Below, piece after piece: positions 24,239 to 37,814 of a DNA stretch of 64,000 nucleotides. Origin of the DNA: Octopus bimaculoides (Eukaryota); contig NC_068984.1 in NCBI RefSeq assembly GCF_001194135.2, positions 55,128,559 to 55,192,558 of the forward strand, written 5' to 3'. Every line of letters begins with the position of its first letter. The stretch's first letter is position 1. A program made the translations under genes and the position numbers. The notes beneath the pieces are model-generated. The model was given only the letters and a program-made list of their open reading frames with translations. It was not told the origin of the DNA and searched no databases.

Positions 24239-27200
24239 CAGAGGGACAGAGAATTTGTCATATATTGTTTAAACGTCTCTAATTGGTTTATACATATTAA
24301 AGTACTTTATGCAAGAATTTGCTTTTAATGTGAAACTATTGAGTAATTCTTAATATTTTCTCAAATGTTCTTATCTGAAACATAAGCGAATATAATAATG
24401 GAGCAAGGAAGAACCCTGAGCAGAAAATTAATGTAAATGATATACTGACATTCTATAAACGGTCGACATTCTAAGGTCTTCTTAAAATATTTACAAGCAA
24501 AATCTCTCGAACATTAACATAAGAATTTTAATCAATACTAAATACATAAACGTTATAACTACTTTCCAATTTTCTTTATGAATGTTTCAGAAATATGCCA
24601 ACTCTGCTATTACCTGAGATATCAATTCCAAATATACATCATTAACGAAGAAAATTCACGGGTGATGTAACGCGGTTCTAATTTCTTGGCAAATCAAACA
24701 GAACTCACATTCCCACTTAATGCCGAATCATTTACATTAATATCGCCGATAAATTACATGGCCATCACAACTTTTTGTTTGTTTTTCCCTACATGTCAGA
24801 TCCGGAGATGTACTTGTTTATTCTAAGTAATTTGTTATTTCATCACCAGTAGCATATTTCTGTATGTAATATCTTGAGTGTTGTTGTGACATCATTGCAA
24901 CATTTTGAAACGGATAAGTTGAAATGTTTTCCCATTCTTTCCTCTAGATACTGTTTTACAAGAACAGAAAATCGAAGTTGCATTGTGCGTGTGTAATTTA
25001 TCCGGTGGCATAGGCTTTGTAAATTAAATACAAACGCGAATCAAATCTAAGTTATAGAGTCGGTTTGAAAGAAATCTAACATATTTTCAGTATTTGCTAG
25101 TAAGCTTTTATTGATCTAAATTATTGATTTCTTTCAAGACCCCATCATATGCAACATTAAGCCTTTCTGAAAGCGTTAGAGGTCTATCTTTAATCATTAC
25201 AATCAACAATCAGATACAGATTACATACATCACTTTGCTTTAGCTAATCTCCTGTGTATAGCACACATTGTTTATTAAATGATTTCTTAAGATCAAAAAC
25301 TACATTGATAGAAATGATATAAGTGAATATATGTACTATTTCCTTGATTTAAATGTACAAGCCGTCAAACGTCTTTCAACACTTAATGATTATAATCGAA
25401 ATTTAAGTAGTAACAAGGGATAAGATTTTGGCGAGATTAAACAGTGAATCTATTTTGTTTAACGTTACTTTAGTTACAGCTTTCGAGGATGAAAAGGACG
25501 ATGCGGCTAACTACATCCAACAACATTTAAAAAATTCTCAACGAATATCATTCAAGTCATCAGCAGCTTTCTGAAACTCTTAGTTAACGATTCGATTTCA
25601 ATAGCTTCAATTTACAAGCGTCAGTAACACCTATGGGGTTTGTATTAGAGTCACAAGATAGCTAGAACCGCATCCTAAGATTACTCTCTCTCTCTCTCTC
25701 TCTCTTTTAAACCTCGACGAAACGTGATCTAATACTTATTGACACCCTACAAAGCCTAAGTAAGGATTTCTATGGAGTAATGTAGTACATGAAACAATGC
25801 TGCAACTGCTGCTGCGGCACACACATACATCCTAGACTGCCTCCTAGAAGAGAACCAGACGTGTAATTAGCATCAGATTTTTAGCTTTTCCATCACTACT
25901 ATAATGGACTATTCACTTTCAGAGCAGGATGTGTCCATGCCACCTCCATTCATACATTTCCGAGCCACTCGCCGTTCGTCTTCGCGACACTTTTCTTATG
26001 TCCAACTCACAAATCTCGAATTCTTCAATATATCCTGTTATCGGCACGTTGGAACCACCTCTCTGCTCGAATCTCTACCGCATTTCTGGAGATAAAATGA
26101 ATCAAGAGGAATATCGATAACATCAATTTCAGCGGTGACGGAGGCACTGAAGATGCCATGGTTCACTGTTGCTTCAGTCAGATCCAACAAGCAAAGAAAA
26201 GAAGCGTGCCTCCTACCTCGAATATTTTAGTTTTAGTCTTATTCGCTAATATCTTATCGAATATTGGCATAAGCTAGTAGACTTTCTTATGTAACAAAAT
26301 TTTGACGCAGACCAAAATGAATAGGTAACGATTCCCAATTGAAAAACGATGTGTTTCTTATATTCATTTTGTTGTAAGCCAATGTTATTCAAAAACTTTC
26401 CAAGTACTTCTCTTCATGAAAATTGCATTAGAGTTAGGATGATAATGTTTTGCTTAACCATGTCCTGAAAGTATTTCCAGTAACCTAAGGCTCCAGTTAT
26501 GCTTCATTTAGTCTCCGAAGCTACAATTTTAATATTTTCCTTGTATTCATCTGGTAAACGTGCTCATGCCAATAACTTCCACACGCTTTCTTAGACCATA
26601 ATATTCACTCTCTAATAGTTTTTCTTCAAGAGTTGTAAGTCGACAGGTGTCAGGAAAATGGATAAGAAGTAAATTCTTCAAAACCGAGGGAATGAAGACT
26701 CGAGCCTAGTGGTTAGAAAACTGATAGTGAAATTGGTATTGAACAAAGATATTGTAATACCTAGTTTTAATTACATATTTGATGCGTTTTAAGATATCTT
26801 ATCTATATATTGTTGAAATAACTGCATACACTTTATTTATTTCTGTCATACTAAAGTGATTAATATTGTCGTTCAAACATTCGTCACTTAATTTGAATTA
26901 ATAACGATTGGATTACGTCGTTAGTGACATTTTAAAATGATAAACAATGCAATTTATTACAATATCATGGCAGCACAGCAAAAGCAGCCACAAAATTTAC
27001 ATTCAAATAATTTTTTTCATACATACAATTCATACAGTATATGCATCGACTACACATAAAACTTATTCAAATGGAGCATATTCAATTTAAACACGCTAAC
27101 CGACTGCTATAATTTCAATTCTATATACTCTAGTTTTGCAGCATTTGTAGCATTCAAGTTTTAATTCCAACAACTGCGGACATTTTAACCGTACGTTGAA

Positions 27201-28292
27201 ACTAACGCAGACTATTTTTTAAGTTTCCGGTTATACCAATTGAAATCTACAGAACTGCAGTATCTAAGGCTAAGAATGGAATAAAGGTTTCTGAAATCAA
27301 AAACATATAGTTTATCATTTTCAAAATTAAATTTCGTGTCATCAAGCTATTACTTTATAAAGGATTCGCACGTGTGTCTCAATATTAAAATTTTAGTGTC
27401 AAATTTACCTTTATTCGTTGATGTCATGATTCTCCGCCAGCTTAACAGAAAGAAGAACGACAAAATTTAATCAATTCTTATTAATTTCCTCATTTGTATA
27501 GATAATTCTAGATTGCACACGATGCCTTTATATTTGTCTAATAAAACATAGATTGAACAGACGATTTATTGATATTTACCGTCTATTACAAAATCTAGAC
27601 TACACTGTGTAGATATTTTTCGAAGAAAATACATCTAAACGCTAAGTAGCACATTTAAGAACAATAATGCTTAAATAACAATGACGAATTATTACAGAAG
27701 CTGTGTGTACGTATGCTTCTATTTATGTGTTTGTGTGCGTGCGCGTGTGCAAAATGAAGTAATATGACACAAAGTGATGTTAGGCATCACTGGATTTGCA
27801 ATAGTGTCACATTGCGTTAGTATTTTCTGAAATTTAAATTTGTTATAGCAAACGGAGTATTAATATATGAGATATTCTGTCATAAATTATTTGAGAAAGT
27901 ACAATCCATTTATAACGGCCAGAAAAGGTCTCGAGTAATTCAAGGCTTCCATAGAAAGAACGATTCCCATAGATTCATCATCAAGAGAAAAAAAAACCAG
28001 TAGAATAGAAAATAGAAAATCAATTCAGACAGAATTATTATAACATTTGATATCATTCTGATATCTCTTGAGAAATAACAAAATCAAGTAAAAGATATAA
28101 GGAGAAAGTGTTGATAAATGAGGTCAGTAATATGTAATGGCTGACGCCAACTCGGAAGGACTCTAGCGCACATCTCTATTCAATATGAACTATATGCAAT
28201 AAGAAAGAAGACTCACTGTACAAAATCAAATAGTAATGCCTACATTCTAATCTTGTAAATTGGAACATGATACTCACACCGATAAGAACAGT

Positions 28293-28403
<111 letters not shown>

Positions 28404-29344
28404 AATAATGTATTCAAAATTTCAATATTTCAGAATTTATAAGTCTTTGTTGTACAAGATTATGAAAATAAGTACTAAGTATAAAATATAGATCATACAA
28501 CAGAGAGAGAAGAATTATAAATTGTGAAATATATACTAAAAAAGAACTAACGTAATGTGTGTGGAATTGGGTGAATGTCAACTCACATTATCAGTAGCTG
28601 CTCCAAAAGGAGTTCAAAGTATTACTGTAAATGTATGCTGTGGCTTCCAATCGTGCAAGGAATGAATTAAATAAAAGAGCCTGTAACTTAAGATAAGTTA
28701 TATCAATGTTATTGAAAGTAAGAGTACTGCCACTATATGAAAGGTAATTTCATAAGACAAGGTAAAATGGATTTACCTTAACAGTATTGTGGTATGGGAT
28801 ATAAAGAAGGTTGCATTTTCCTTATAACCATTGCTGAGCATGCGTACGCCGCTAACGTTTGAACCAATGGGAAAGACAGAGTTAGTATGGAAGCCCCTAC
28901 GAGGTTGCTCGAGTTGCTAGAAAAGGCAGTGAAATCTCTTTTCAAGAGTACCCTGTTTAAACAACTGCAAGAGAATATTGGACAATGTACCTGTTGATAT
29001 ACCCTAAAGAAATTATTGGCTACATAAGCTGAAATATCAGATCTGATTCCAGCTAGACATAAACAACATGAATATGTGGTAATCTAAAAGTAGAAAAGAA
29101 AAATAAACACGTTTCTAATCCAATGTAGACAAATTTAAACCACTTGGGCAACAGTAGAAGCATGCAATGATTTCACTCTAGCAGTGGTCTGAAGTTTAAC
29201 AAAGGAATCTGATTATACTAGCACGGACTTTCTGACTTTACGTTTTGATGTGTCAACAATGAGAAGACTTTACATGCGCATTGCAAACAATTGCATCGCT
29301 GAATATTCGTTTGATATGCAGTTCACACAATAGAGACAAAGATG

Positions 29345-29355
29345 TCGATGATAAC

Positions 29356-29386
<31 letters not shown>

Positions 29387-29437
29387 AATATTGATGGTCA
29401 TGATGACGATGATGATGATGATGATGATGATGATGAC

Positions 29438-29474
<37 letters not shown>

Positions 29475-30474
29475 GCAAAGGAGTAGGGGTGTACTATTGG
29501 TGGAGGTCGGAGTATGAGATAGGAAACTGACTATGATGGCAATAATGATAATAATGATGACGATGTTGCAGTTGATGATGATGATGATGATGATGATGTT
29601 GACTATACGATGATGATGATCATGATGACTATGATGATGATGATGATCATGATGACTATGATGAGATGATCATGATGATTGGGATGCGGACGGAGAAGGT
29701 AGTGTTGGTTGTAGTAGTAGTAGTGGTCNNNNNNNNNNNNNNNNNNNNNNNNNNNNNNNNNNNNNNNNNNNNNNNNNNNNNNNNNNNNNNNNNNNNNNNN
29801 NNNNNNNNNNNNNNNNNNNNNNNNNNNNNNNNNNNNNNNNNNNNNNNNNNNNNNNNNNNNNNNNNNNNNNNNNNNNNNNNNNNNNNNNNNNNNNNNNNNN
29901 NNNNNNNNNNNNNNNNNNNNNNNNNNNNNNNNNNNNNNNNNNNNNNNNNNNNNNNNNNNNNNNNNNNNNNNNNNNNNNNNNNNNNNNNNNNNNNNNGAGG
30001 CGGAGGATGGTGGTGGTAGTGGTGGTGGTGGTGGTGGGCTATTGCTGGGGGTGATTACATCAGTTATGAAGATGTTAATGATAACAGCAACGATAACAAC
30101 AATGGTACTGCTGTAAATTTGCTGCTGTTGATGATGTTGCTAGTAGGGATGATGGTGGTGGTGGTGGTGGTGGGGGGGGGGTTATGAGAATCTATGAAGA
30201 TGACTTTTATGGCAATATCAAAACCAACGCCAATAACAATGATGTTTATTATGGTGTTGATGGCGATAGTGATACTGGAAGAAGAAGAAGAAGAAGAAGA
30301 AGAAGAAGAAGAAGAAGACGATAAGGAAAAAGAACATAAGGAAGAAGAAGAAGAAGAAGAAGAAGAAGAAGAAGAAGAAGAAGAAGAAATAGGAAAAAGA
30401 AGGTGAAGAAGAAGGAAGCAGAAATAGGAAAAAGAAAGTGAAGAAGAAGTAAAAGAAGAAGAAGAATAAAAAGG

Positions 30475-30530
<56 letters not shown>

Positions 30531-30562
30531 AGGAGGAGGAGGAGGAGGAGGAGGAGGAGGAG
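29345..30562 (+). repeat. Compound trinucleotide tract: (GAT)n, (GGT)n, (GAA)n, (GAG)n, with an N-gap
   Basis: Direct reading. It is the source of the spurious poly-D, poly-E and poly-H ORFs. Confidence 0.9.
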
Positions 30563-30819
30563 TGGGGGACAAAAATCTGTAGAAATTGACAAAGATTTCT
30601 TCAGCTTTAAATTAAAGACTGAAAGCAACAACTGTGAAACACAAAACCTGGAAATTAAAGAGAGGGAAAATAGACATTTGTAGTCTTTGTACGTTTTACA
30701 CGAGCAAACTGCCGTCGTTGTATATTTCCATGTCATTCAGGTTAATGAACTTGCTAAGTTCCCTGAACATTACTCTCTCGAGTCCCTAAAGTATTAGGAC
30801 CGGTTGCTCGTTACTTTCC

Positions 30820-30985
30820 ATGCTGTATAGGAGACTGAAACCATAGCATTCTCACTAAATGAGATACCAGTCCGTAGCAGAGTTACGCATATAGAGCTAT
30901 GTGAAATGGAGCAACGTGAAAAGAGGTGTTTCACCTTAGAACGATCTAGCATGAAACATACTAACCACTTGGCTACGCATCTCCG
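30820..30985 (-). mobile_element. Degenerate SINE of a third family
   Basis: Reverse complement begins GCGTAGCCAAGTGGTTAG (A-box) and contains TTTTCACGTTGCTCCA. Possibly related tail pieces lie at about 28880-28995, 31095-31165 and 56915-57010. Confidence 0.45.
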
Positions 30986-31474
30986 AGGAGGATCATGAAC
31001 AAATGATGTATTTTATTTATTAATTTTCTGTTCTTTTATTCAGATAATGTCGTGCGGTCTGTCTTATCCGCTATTGACATTTATGTAAGACCGTAAGCAT
31101 TGCTTTGAGGGAGATTTCGTTGTTATATCTAGCAGATCATGCGACTACATAAAAGAGACCGCGTTATCCCAATTTCAAACAGGTATTGAGTGTAAGTAAA
31201 GTGCAGTAGAATCAGTTAAGTGCCTAAGAGATATACAAAAAGGTTTTGTGTTACGGTTTTGTGGTTAAATAATTCGCTTTGCTAACTTCGGTGCCAGTTC
31301 CAGTAGAGTGTGGAATTTGGTAGGCAAAAGTCCACAGGGGGTAGTGATATACACTGTCTTATACACAGACGTACACATGCATTCATATGTATACATGCAT
31401 ACATATTATACATTTGTACATATATACAAACATACATATATACATACATATATACATACACACATACATACATA

Positions 31475-32532
31475 ATGCTGATAACATCATAAGACTTGGA
31501 AAGCAGCTACTTGAGTATCATTCCTTGTCTCATAACATTAAATACATGCCCAAAGCAGTCGCACGACTATACCCCAGTATATCATCAGATGAAAGGACGG
31601 GCGTACATGAGCAGAAGGCCATGCATTGTTACGTTATTAGAAAGCTCCGAGATGATAGTAACCTTGATTGTCAAAGCTGTCTAACATGGATCAACCACCA
31701 GATTACTACCTTCCGCTTTGCGTTTGCAATCCAGGAATAGGAAAAAATCAACCAAAAACTTGATGCATAAATGGCACAGAGATGCAGAAAAAGAAGCAAA
31801 ATGTGACAACTGAAGCAGACTTTGAGGACTTAACACCGAAGATATCACCCACATCTTAAGCAGTTGTCCAAAAATGTCATCACTCTGTTATCTACCGATG
31901 AGACACGATATTGTAGCTAGGACACTGTATAAAGAGACTCGTCCGAAAAATAACCCCAAGGACAAAGAAATAAGAACCCACAGTACTGTGGAAGCCATAG
32001 CCACTCATAATAAAAAGGACTAATAGTGGAATGTCTGAGTGAAAACCTCAATAAAATGTAAACACAATAGACCTAACATGATGATTTGGGATAGAGAAGA
32101 GAAACTGTACAGCTGTGGAAACAAGCTGCCCAGTGGATGTTATCATAAAGCTAAGGATCAGCGAAAAAGAGAATAGCTACGCTGAACTATTGACAAATTT
32201 GCAATTACTCTATCCAGATTACAAGTTCAGGTTTATACCTGTAATTATTGGGGTACTAAGATATGTAACATACTGCCTAAATACCAATCTTGAGAAATTA
32301 GGCTTTTGAATAAAGAAACAGAGAGGAGAAATTTGATTCGAAGACTATAGATCCAGTCCAGCACTGGAACTACAAAAATCAGTAAAACTGAGCATGTCTA
32401 GATATACAACTATATGCATGAGAATACATACACGACACAAAACATACAAATCTACACATATACATACATACATACATACAAATATACCCTGTTGATGTTG
32501 AAATTCCAATGAAGGAGCCTTGGATCTAGGTT
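31475..32532 (+). mobile_element. 5'-truncated, decayed R4-clade-like LINE (here called family B)
   Basis: Decayed zinc knuckle (EDITHILSSCPKMSSLCYLPMRHDIVA) and RLE (KTSIKCKHNRPNMMIWDREEK...ETSCPVDVIIKLRISEKENSYAELLTNLQLLYPDYKFRFIPVIIG). Starts directly after (CATA)n. Confidence 0.85.
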
Positions 32533-32537
32533 ATATA

Positions 32538-32726
32538 AGGTATCCACGAAGTCTTTAGACAATTTCAAAATGTGATTACGAAAATCTTAGAAGGGGTGGC
32601 AACTGAATTTTTGTTGCATAATATTTTTTAATCATAGTAGTACTTTTATTAGTATTGCGTTAACCAGTTTGCGTTGTAATTTTAATAGATATTTCTAGTT
32701 GTCTAATGACTTTTCAAGACACCCTA
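32538..32726. mobile_element. Tc1/mariner-type MITE of about 190 bp, inserted in the LINE 3' UTR
   Basis: Imperfect TIRs AGGTATCCACGAAGTCTTTAGACAA versus (reverse complement) AGGGTGTCTTGAAAAGTCATTAGACAA, with TA on both sides. Confidence 0.6.
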
Positions 32727-32774
32727 TATATATATATATATATATATATACACCCACCGTAAGGGGTGCTGACC

Positions 32775-33155
32775 TCTGACCTCGCTTTAAGGGCATCGCA
32801 GTACTTACATTTTTGAAGCCTGGTAGTAATTCTATCAAACTCTTACCGAACCGCTGTTTCTCACGGATGTATACAAACCAACAAGTGCTCGTAGGGGACA
32901 AACACAGACACAAACATACATCATTCAAATACAGACACATAGACACACGGGTGCACTCAAACACACACACACGCAGACACACATACACACACATGTGCAT
33001 ACACACACAATATTTAAGGTTCCACCTGCCAATTCCCTCAAATTAGTTTGGTCGGCCGAGGCTATAACAGAAGACACCTGTCCAAGATACCACACAGTGG
33101 AACTGAACCCGAAACTGTATGGTTGTGAATAGAACTTCTTTACCTCACTGCAACA
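32775..33155 (-). mobile_element. Diverged OR-like SINE
   Basis: TTTGGTCGGCCGAGGCTATAACAGAAGACACCTGTCCAAGATACCACACAGTGGAACTGAACCCG matches the 5.6 kb copy. Confidence 0.75.
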
Positions 33156-34486
33156 GCTATGACAGAAAAGAACTAACGATGAATCCAATGACAAGTGAGA
33201 TAAAGCAATAAAGTGACATAGATTCGTTTTCTCGCACCTGAAGGAATCCACTGCTATTTATACTTGGGACAAGAGAACTAGATTCATAATTTGATTTTCT
33301 CAAGCTGTCACCAAAAGTCCCTAAACCATGTGATTAGCTGAGAACCAGTCAATCAGCTGTTGAAAGCAAGCTCAGTCGGATAGCTTTGTATCGGAGATTA
33401 TGGTGATTTAGCGACATCACAGCGGGACGCAGTTCAGTTGTCTGACCAGTCATTCAAAGCAATGACATCATTATAATCGAATACACGGCATAATTCTATA
33501 AAAAACAGTTTGCAACACAAACAGTCAAACACATATTTATGCCTGCATGCCTGCATAATACTCTGTGTGTGTGTGTGTGCGTTCGCGCGCGTGCAGTGTA
33601 GTGTAGTGTAGTGTACAGTTCCGTGATGATAAGATCAACAAACAAGTACTCCGTCTTGTGAGAAATAAATATTACTTAATAAATATATGTTTTTATATGC
33701 TACTATTGGTTTCATGCGATGAAACCAATAGCAATTTTAACCAGTCTGGCCCAATTTTCTCATTTTTTTCTGTGATCCCATCGTCCTCTTTTTAGCTTGT
33801 TATACCAAGTGGCGATCGTTTGAGCATTGCGCTGGGGTAGCAGACATGTTAAAAAATACTGTCTAGTATGCTCTCATCGTATGATACTAATAGTAGTACA
33901 TAAAAAACATATATTGTGCTTGTTAGATAATATATATATAGAGAGAGAGGGAGAAAGAGAGAGAGAGAGGGAGAAAGAGAGAGAGAGGGAGAAAGAGAGA
34001 GAGACCTACACACACACACGTGCATATATATATATATATATATATATTTATACACATCAGATGAAAATACATACCATAGTTGAAGTAATCGTTATGTTCC
34101 TTCTATATATATTGAATAAAAGAAATATTTTCACCTTTAGATCCAACCTGTTTCCACACTTTGTGCTATTCGAGAAGAATGAGTAATTTGCTTTTTAAAT
34201 ACCTTAAAAAAAACCTATCAGATCACAACGCTTGTCTGTATAATAATGTTATTCATAACAAGGAGCGTTATTAATCGCGATAAATGATGAAACGTTTAGG
34301 CACAGCTTATATTTCTTAGTAGATCGTTTTTTGATTTTTTCTTTTTCCTTTCCATTTTTATTCCATTGTGCAGTGTAGTTGAATGTTAGCGTTTATAAGC
34401 TGAAATTATTTTAAAGTTAGATTGGTTTATTCTTGCACGTATTGCCATATATCCACTTAGCGAAATATATATATGTGTGTGTGTGT

Positions 34487-34534
<48 letters not shown>

Positions 34535-34837
34535 ATTACCATTTACCAACCATAAATGCCGCAGTGTATGTGATCTGACACACTAAAGATTTTGTCAGGT
34601 CATTGACATTTTCGTTATTATAATACTGTTTGCTTTTTAAGCAAAATATCGTAATCTAGGCAATAAGAGTTGGTTGATTCAATTGACTCAAATACTTAAC
34701 TGATACTGAGTAAGGCTGAAACCCGGTGCACTAGCAAAAAAAAAACGGTTTGTCAGCCAATCACTAGCACATCAGTCTCAGATATTACGTCTTGGTCGTC
34801 CATACATATTGACTACATATCTATGCATGGCGTGAAG

Positions 34838-35000
34838 GCGCTGTAGTCTAGGAGTTAAGTGGTTGCGTTCAGGATCATTACGTCGTGGGTATCGTTTCGT
34901 GGAAAGAGGGAACGTGCTGTGTTCTTGAGTGAGTCATTTTACATTGCTCTGGTTTATACAGCTGATATGTGTACCAGCCAAAATTGGTGTGACACATCTT
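34838..35000 (+). mobile_element. Degenerate tRNA-head SINE (third family-like)
   Basis: GGCGCTGTAGTCTAGGAGTTAAG A-box-like head and a GTGTTCTTGAGTGAGTCATTTTAC CORE-like segment. Confidence 0.45.
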
Positions 35001-35158
35001 ATTATGCTCACAACTTGCTAAGATATGACTTTCGAATTATGGATATGTTATGGGGTTATAGGACATACAGACGTATCTATATACATATTCATATATCTTC
35101 TTTTGTCTTCTTTTATTTGTTCTAGTGCACATGTATATATGCATGCATGTGTTTATGC

Positions 35159-35260
<102 letters not shown>

Positions 35261-37786
35261 GCGTGTTTGTGTGTGCGTGCATGCGTGTGAGTCGTTTGAT
35301 ACAAATTTTGCTTCATTGAAATTTCTGAAGATTAACAACAGATAATTTTTAGCAGACATTTTATGCAATACTGACAGCAATATCTGCAAAATTTATTTAA
35401 AAAAAAACATTATGTATGAGTTATAAATGAAAATAATTTAATTAAAAATAAGTTTTTATGATGTTTGAATCTTCAATATCATTTGAATATCTAAAGCTAA
35501 TCATATTTTAATTAAATATAATTAATGAGATTGCAATAGTCATTAAATCTGCACGCCGTTTCATTTATATTTCTGACAAAATTAAGCGCAAATAAAAATC
35601 TTAAACCTTTCACACGTATAGAATATTGATTTCATATATAGACAGAGAGCCTATGGTTTGTTGGAGAAAGACATTAGATGATGTAGCTTTCATAGTTTCT
35701 CAAGACTAATAACAAAATTAGGGAACTGGTTTTCTGAGAACCAACAGCTGCAACCAGAATTAGTCAAAGGAGCTTCATTGTTCACCCTCAAATCTAGCTT
35801 CATCTCTTTTAATTTATATCTAACCTTCTAACGAAATGTCACTATGGCTAAAAGAATAGATGAGATGATCATGAAAGCAATTTTTTTTTTATTTAAATGA
35901 CTCATATGGTGGTAAACAGCAACAGCAACAACCAGAATTTTACTTTCTGTACCTCTGTAGTCTCCACTAAAACTTGCGGGTGTACAGAAATTCATTAAAT
36001 TGAGGTGACACGGTAAGATATCTAAGATTCATAACTAAGATTCATACTGCACCCCATACTATTGATCACTACTAGGTGGAGAGTGTAATATGTTTTCAAA
36101 CATGCAGAGGCATTTTTCAATTGGAAACATAGATCTGTCTGCCACACATGTCTATTTGTCATCGTTCAGCCGATCGCTTTTGCGCACGGGTGAACTTGAG
36201 GGTCAGTCAAAAACAAACATCACATAAGAAATAGATGAGATTAATTACATTAAAGCGTACACAAAATATGTCGAATGATTTTCAACATATTCACCTTAAG
36301 TCGTCAATATTTTCCAAATAAAACTCTGAAACTTCTATTTAGAAGGAATCTTGTTTTTCTATCTCAATTTTTAACGATGTCCATAGTAAAGTAAAAAGAA
36401 TTAAACAAAAAATCACTCCCAGAAATTCCTTCGATTTCCTACCTTTGGTCGAGGCTATTTACCACAGACATTTCTTTTTAACTGCTTTTATAATTGGTTC
36501 TCAACTACTTCAATTAAAACTGGGTTCTATTCAAACAAATCAGTATATGTTGACAATAATATTAGAAATTTCTTTGTCTGATATTTATATATTTTCCTTG
36601 TTGAAAAAATTTGAAATTTGTGTGTAGATTTTACTGTACGAAATTAGCTTTTAACCAACTTACCCTTTCGTCAGATAGTTGTATTACTTGCGTCTCCATA
36701 ATCATATGTATTTACAAATGTGTTACCACTAGAACGTATTTTTATATTAGACAACAAAACCCAGTGCTTTTATGAGAAAAATATGGACTCAGCTCTGTAA
36801 TCTAATGTAACATAAATCAGATCTGCAATATTGCCGGACCCTCAGCGGCATGAATCAATTGACTTTGTGGAAACTAGTTGCTGCGAAACAGATTGAGATT
36901 TTTCAGTGCAAAACTTCTTTAGCATTAACAGAGAATTGCACCATTAACGGGCTATAAAATACAAGATTACAGGAGTAATTTTTCCGTCGTACTATAATAT
37001 AAGTCAGCCATAGTTCTCCCAATATTAGAACATTAACGAAATTCCAATAATATAGTTCCCAAAAAGTGAAACATGGCGTTTTACCTGGATTTGCGTATAA
37101 ACGTCCGTTGAATGGATGCCTGAACATAATATAAGCTAACAAACAGAGACAAATACACTGAGAGTAAACACAAGATTTTTGTTAGATGAAAGTCCAAAAT
37201 CATCAAAGGCTGATAATTCCCTTTGATACAGTTGTACAATCCACACTGCAGCAAAAAGTCGATATAACTAAAATAGTTTTGGCAATATTTAAACTTTCCG
37301 ATGCAAGCTAACATATTTGCCAGCAGTTAAACGTCTACAATGATGCAATTTGATAAGTTGTATTTCCTACCAATCTCTACTGGATAAGTACTGTCCCTGC
37401 CTTTGCTTGGGGTTGCATTCAATTTCACTAACAATATACGTAATCAAGAATATTTGATCAAGCAGACAACTCTTAACCACTCAACTATAATTGTTACTTT
37501 TGAAAACAACCCTCAAATAGCATCTTCCAAGATTTTCGGATGTCGTGGCTGCAAATTTTTTGTTACTAAAGAAGTTTCTTTTGATCTACATTTTGTTTAA
37601 ATGTAGGTAGCATAGAAAGTAAAAATAAAGATTGAATATAATGAATGCCACTTTATTAGATACCAAATATAGAGTAAGCAATTTCTACAAAAGATGCAAA
37701 AGATGTGTGTTCTTACAAATGTAAATGTATACGTATGCATGTATGGGTGTATGCGTGTGTTCTCATTCCCTCTGTGCTTTTCTATT

Positions 37787-37814
37787 CTGATGAAGGACTA
37801 CAGTCCGAAACGCC
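37787..37814 (+). ncRNA. Isolated minimal hammerhead-like core (PLE type), probably decayed
   Basis: CTGATGA-A-GGAC-TACA-GTCC-GAAAC-GCC. The conserved U before the cleavage site is C, and there is no stem I. Confidence 0.5.

Noticed and set aside
29342-30736. Poly-Asp, poly-Glu, poly-His and poly-Met ORFs
   Set aside because: These are translations of trinucleotide microsatellites.
36903-37142. Minus-strand 79-aa ORF (PGKTPCFTFWELYY...) vaguely like the protease GWG region
   Set aside because: It lacks GWG and the downstream Cys spacing, and it is on the opposite strand from and far from the protease remnant.
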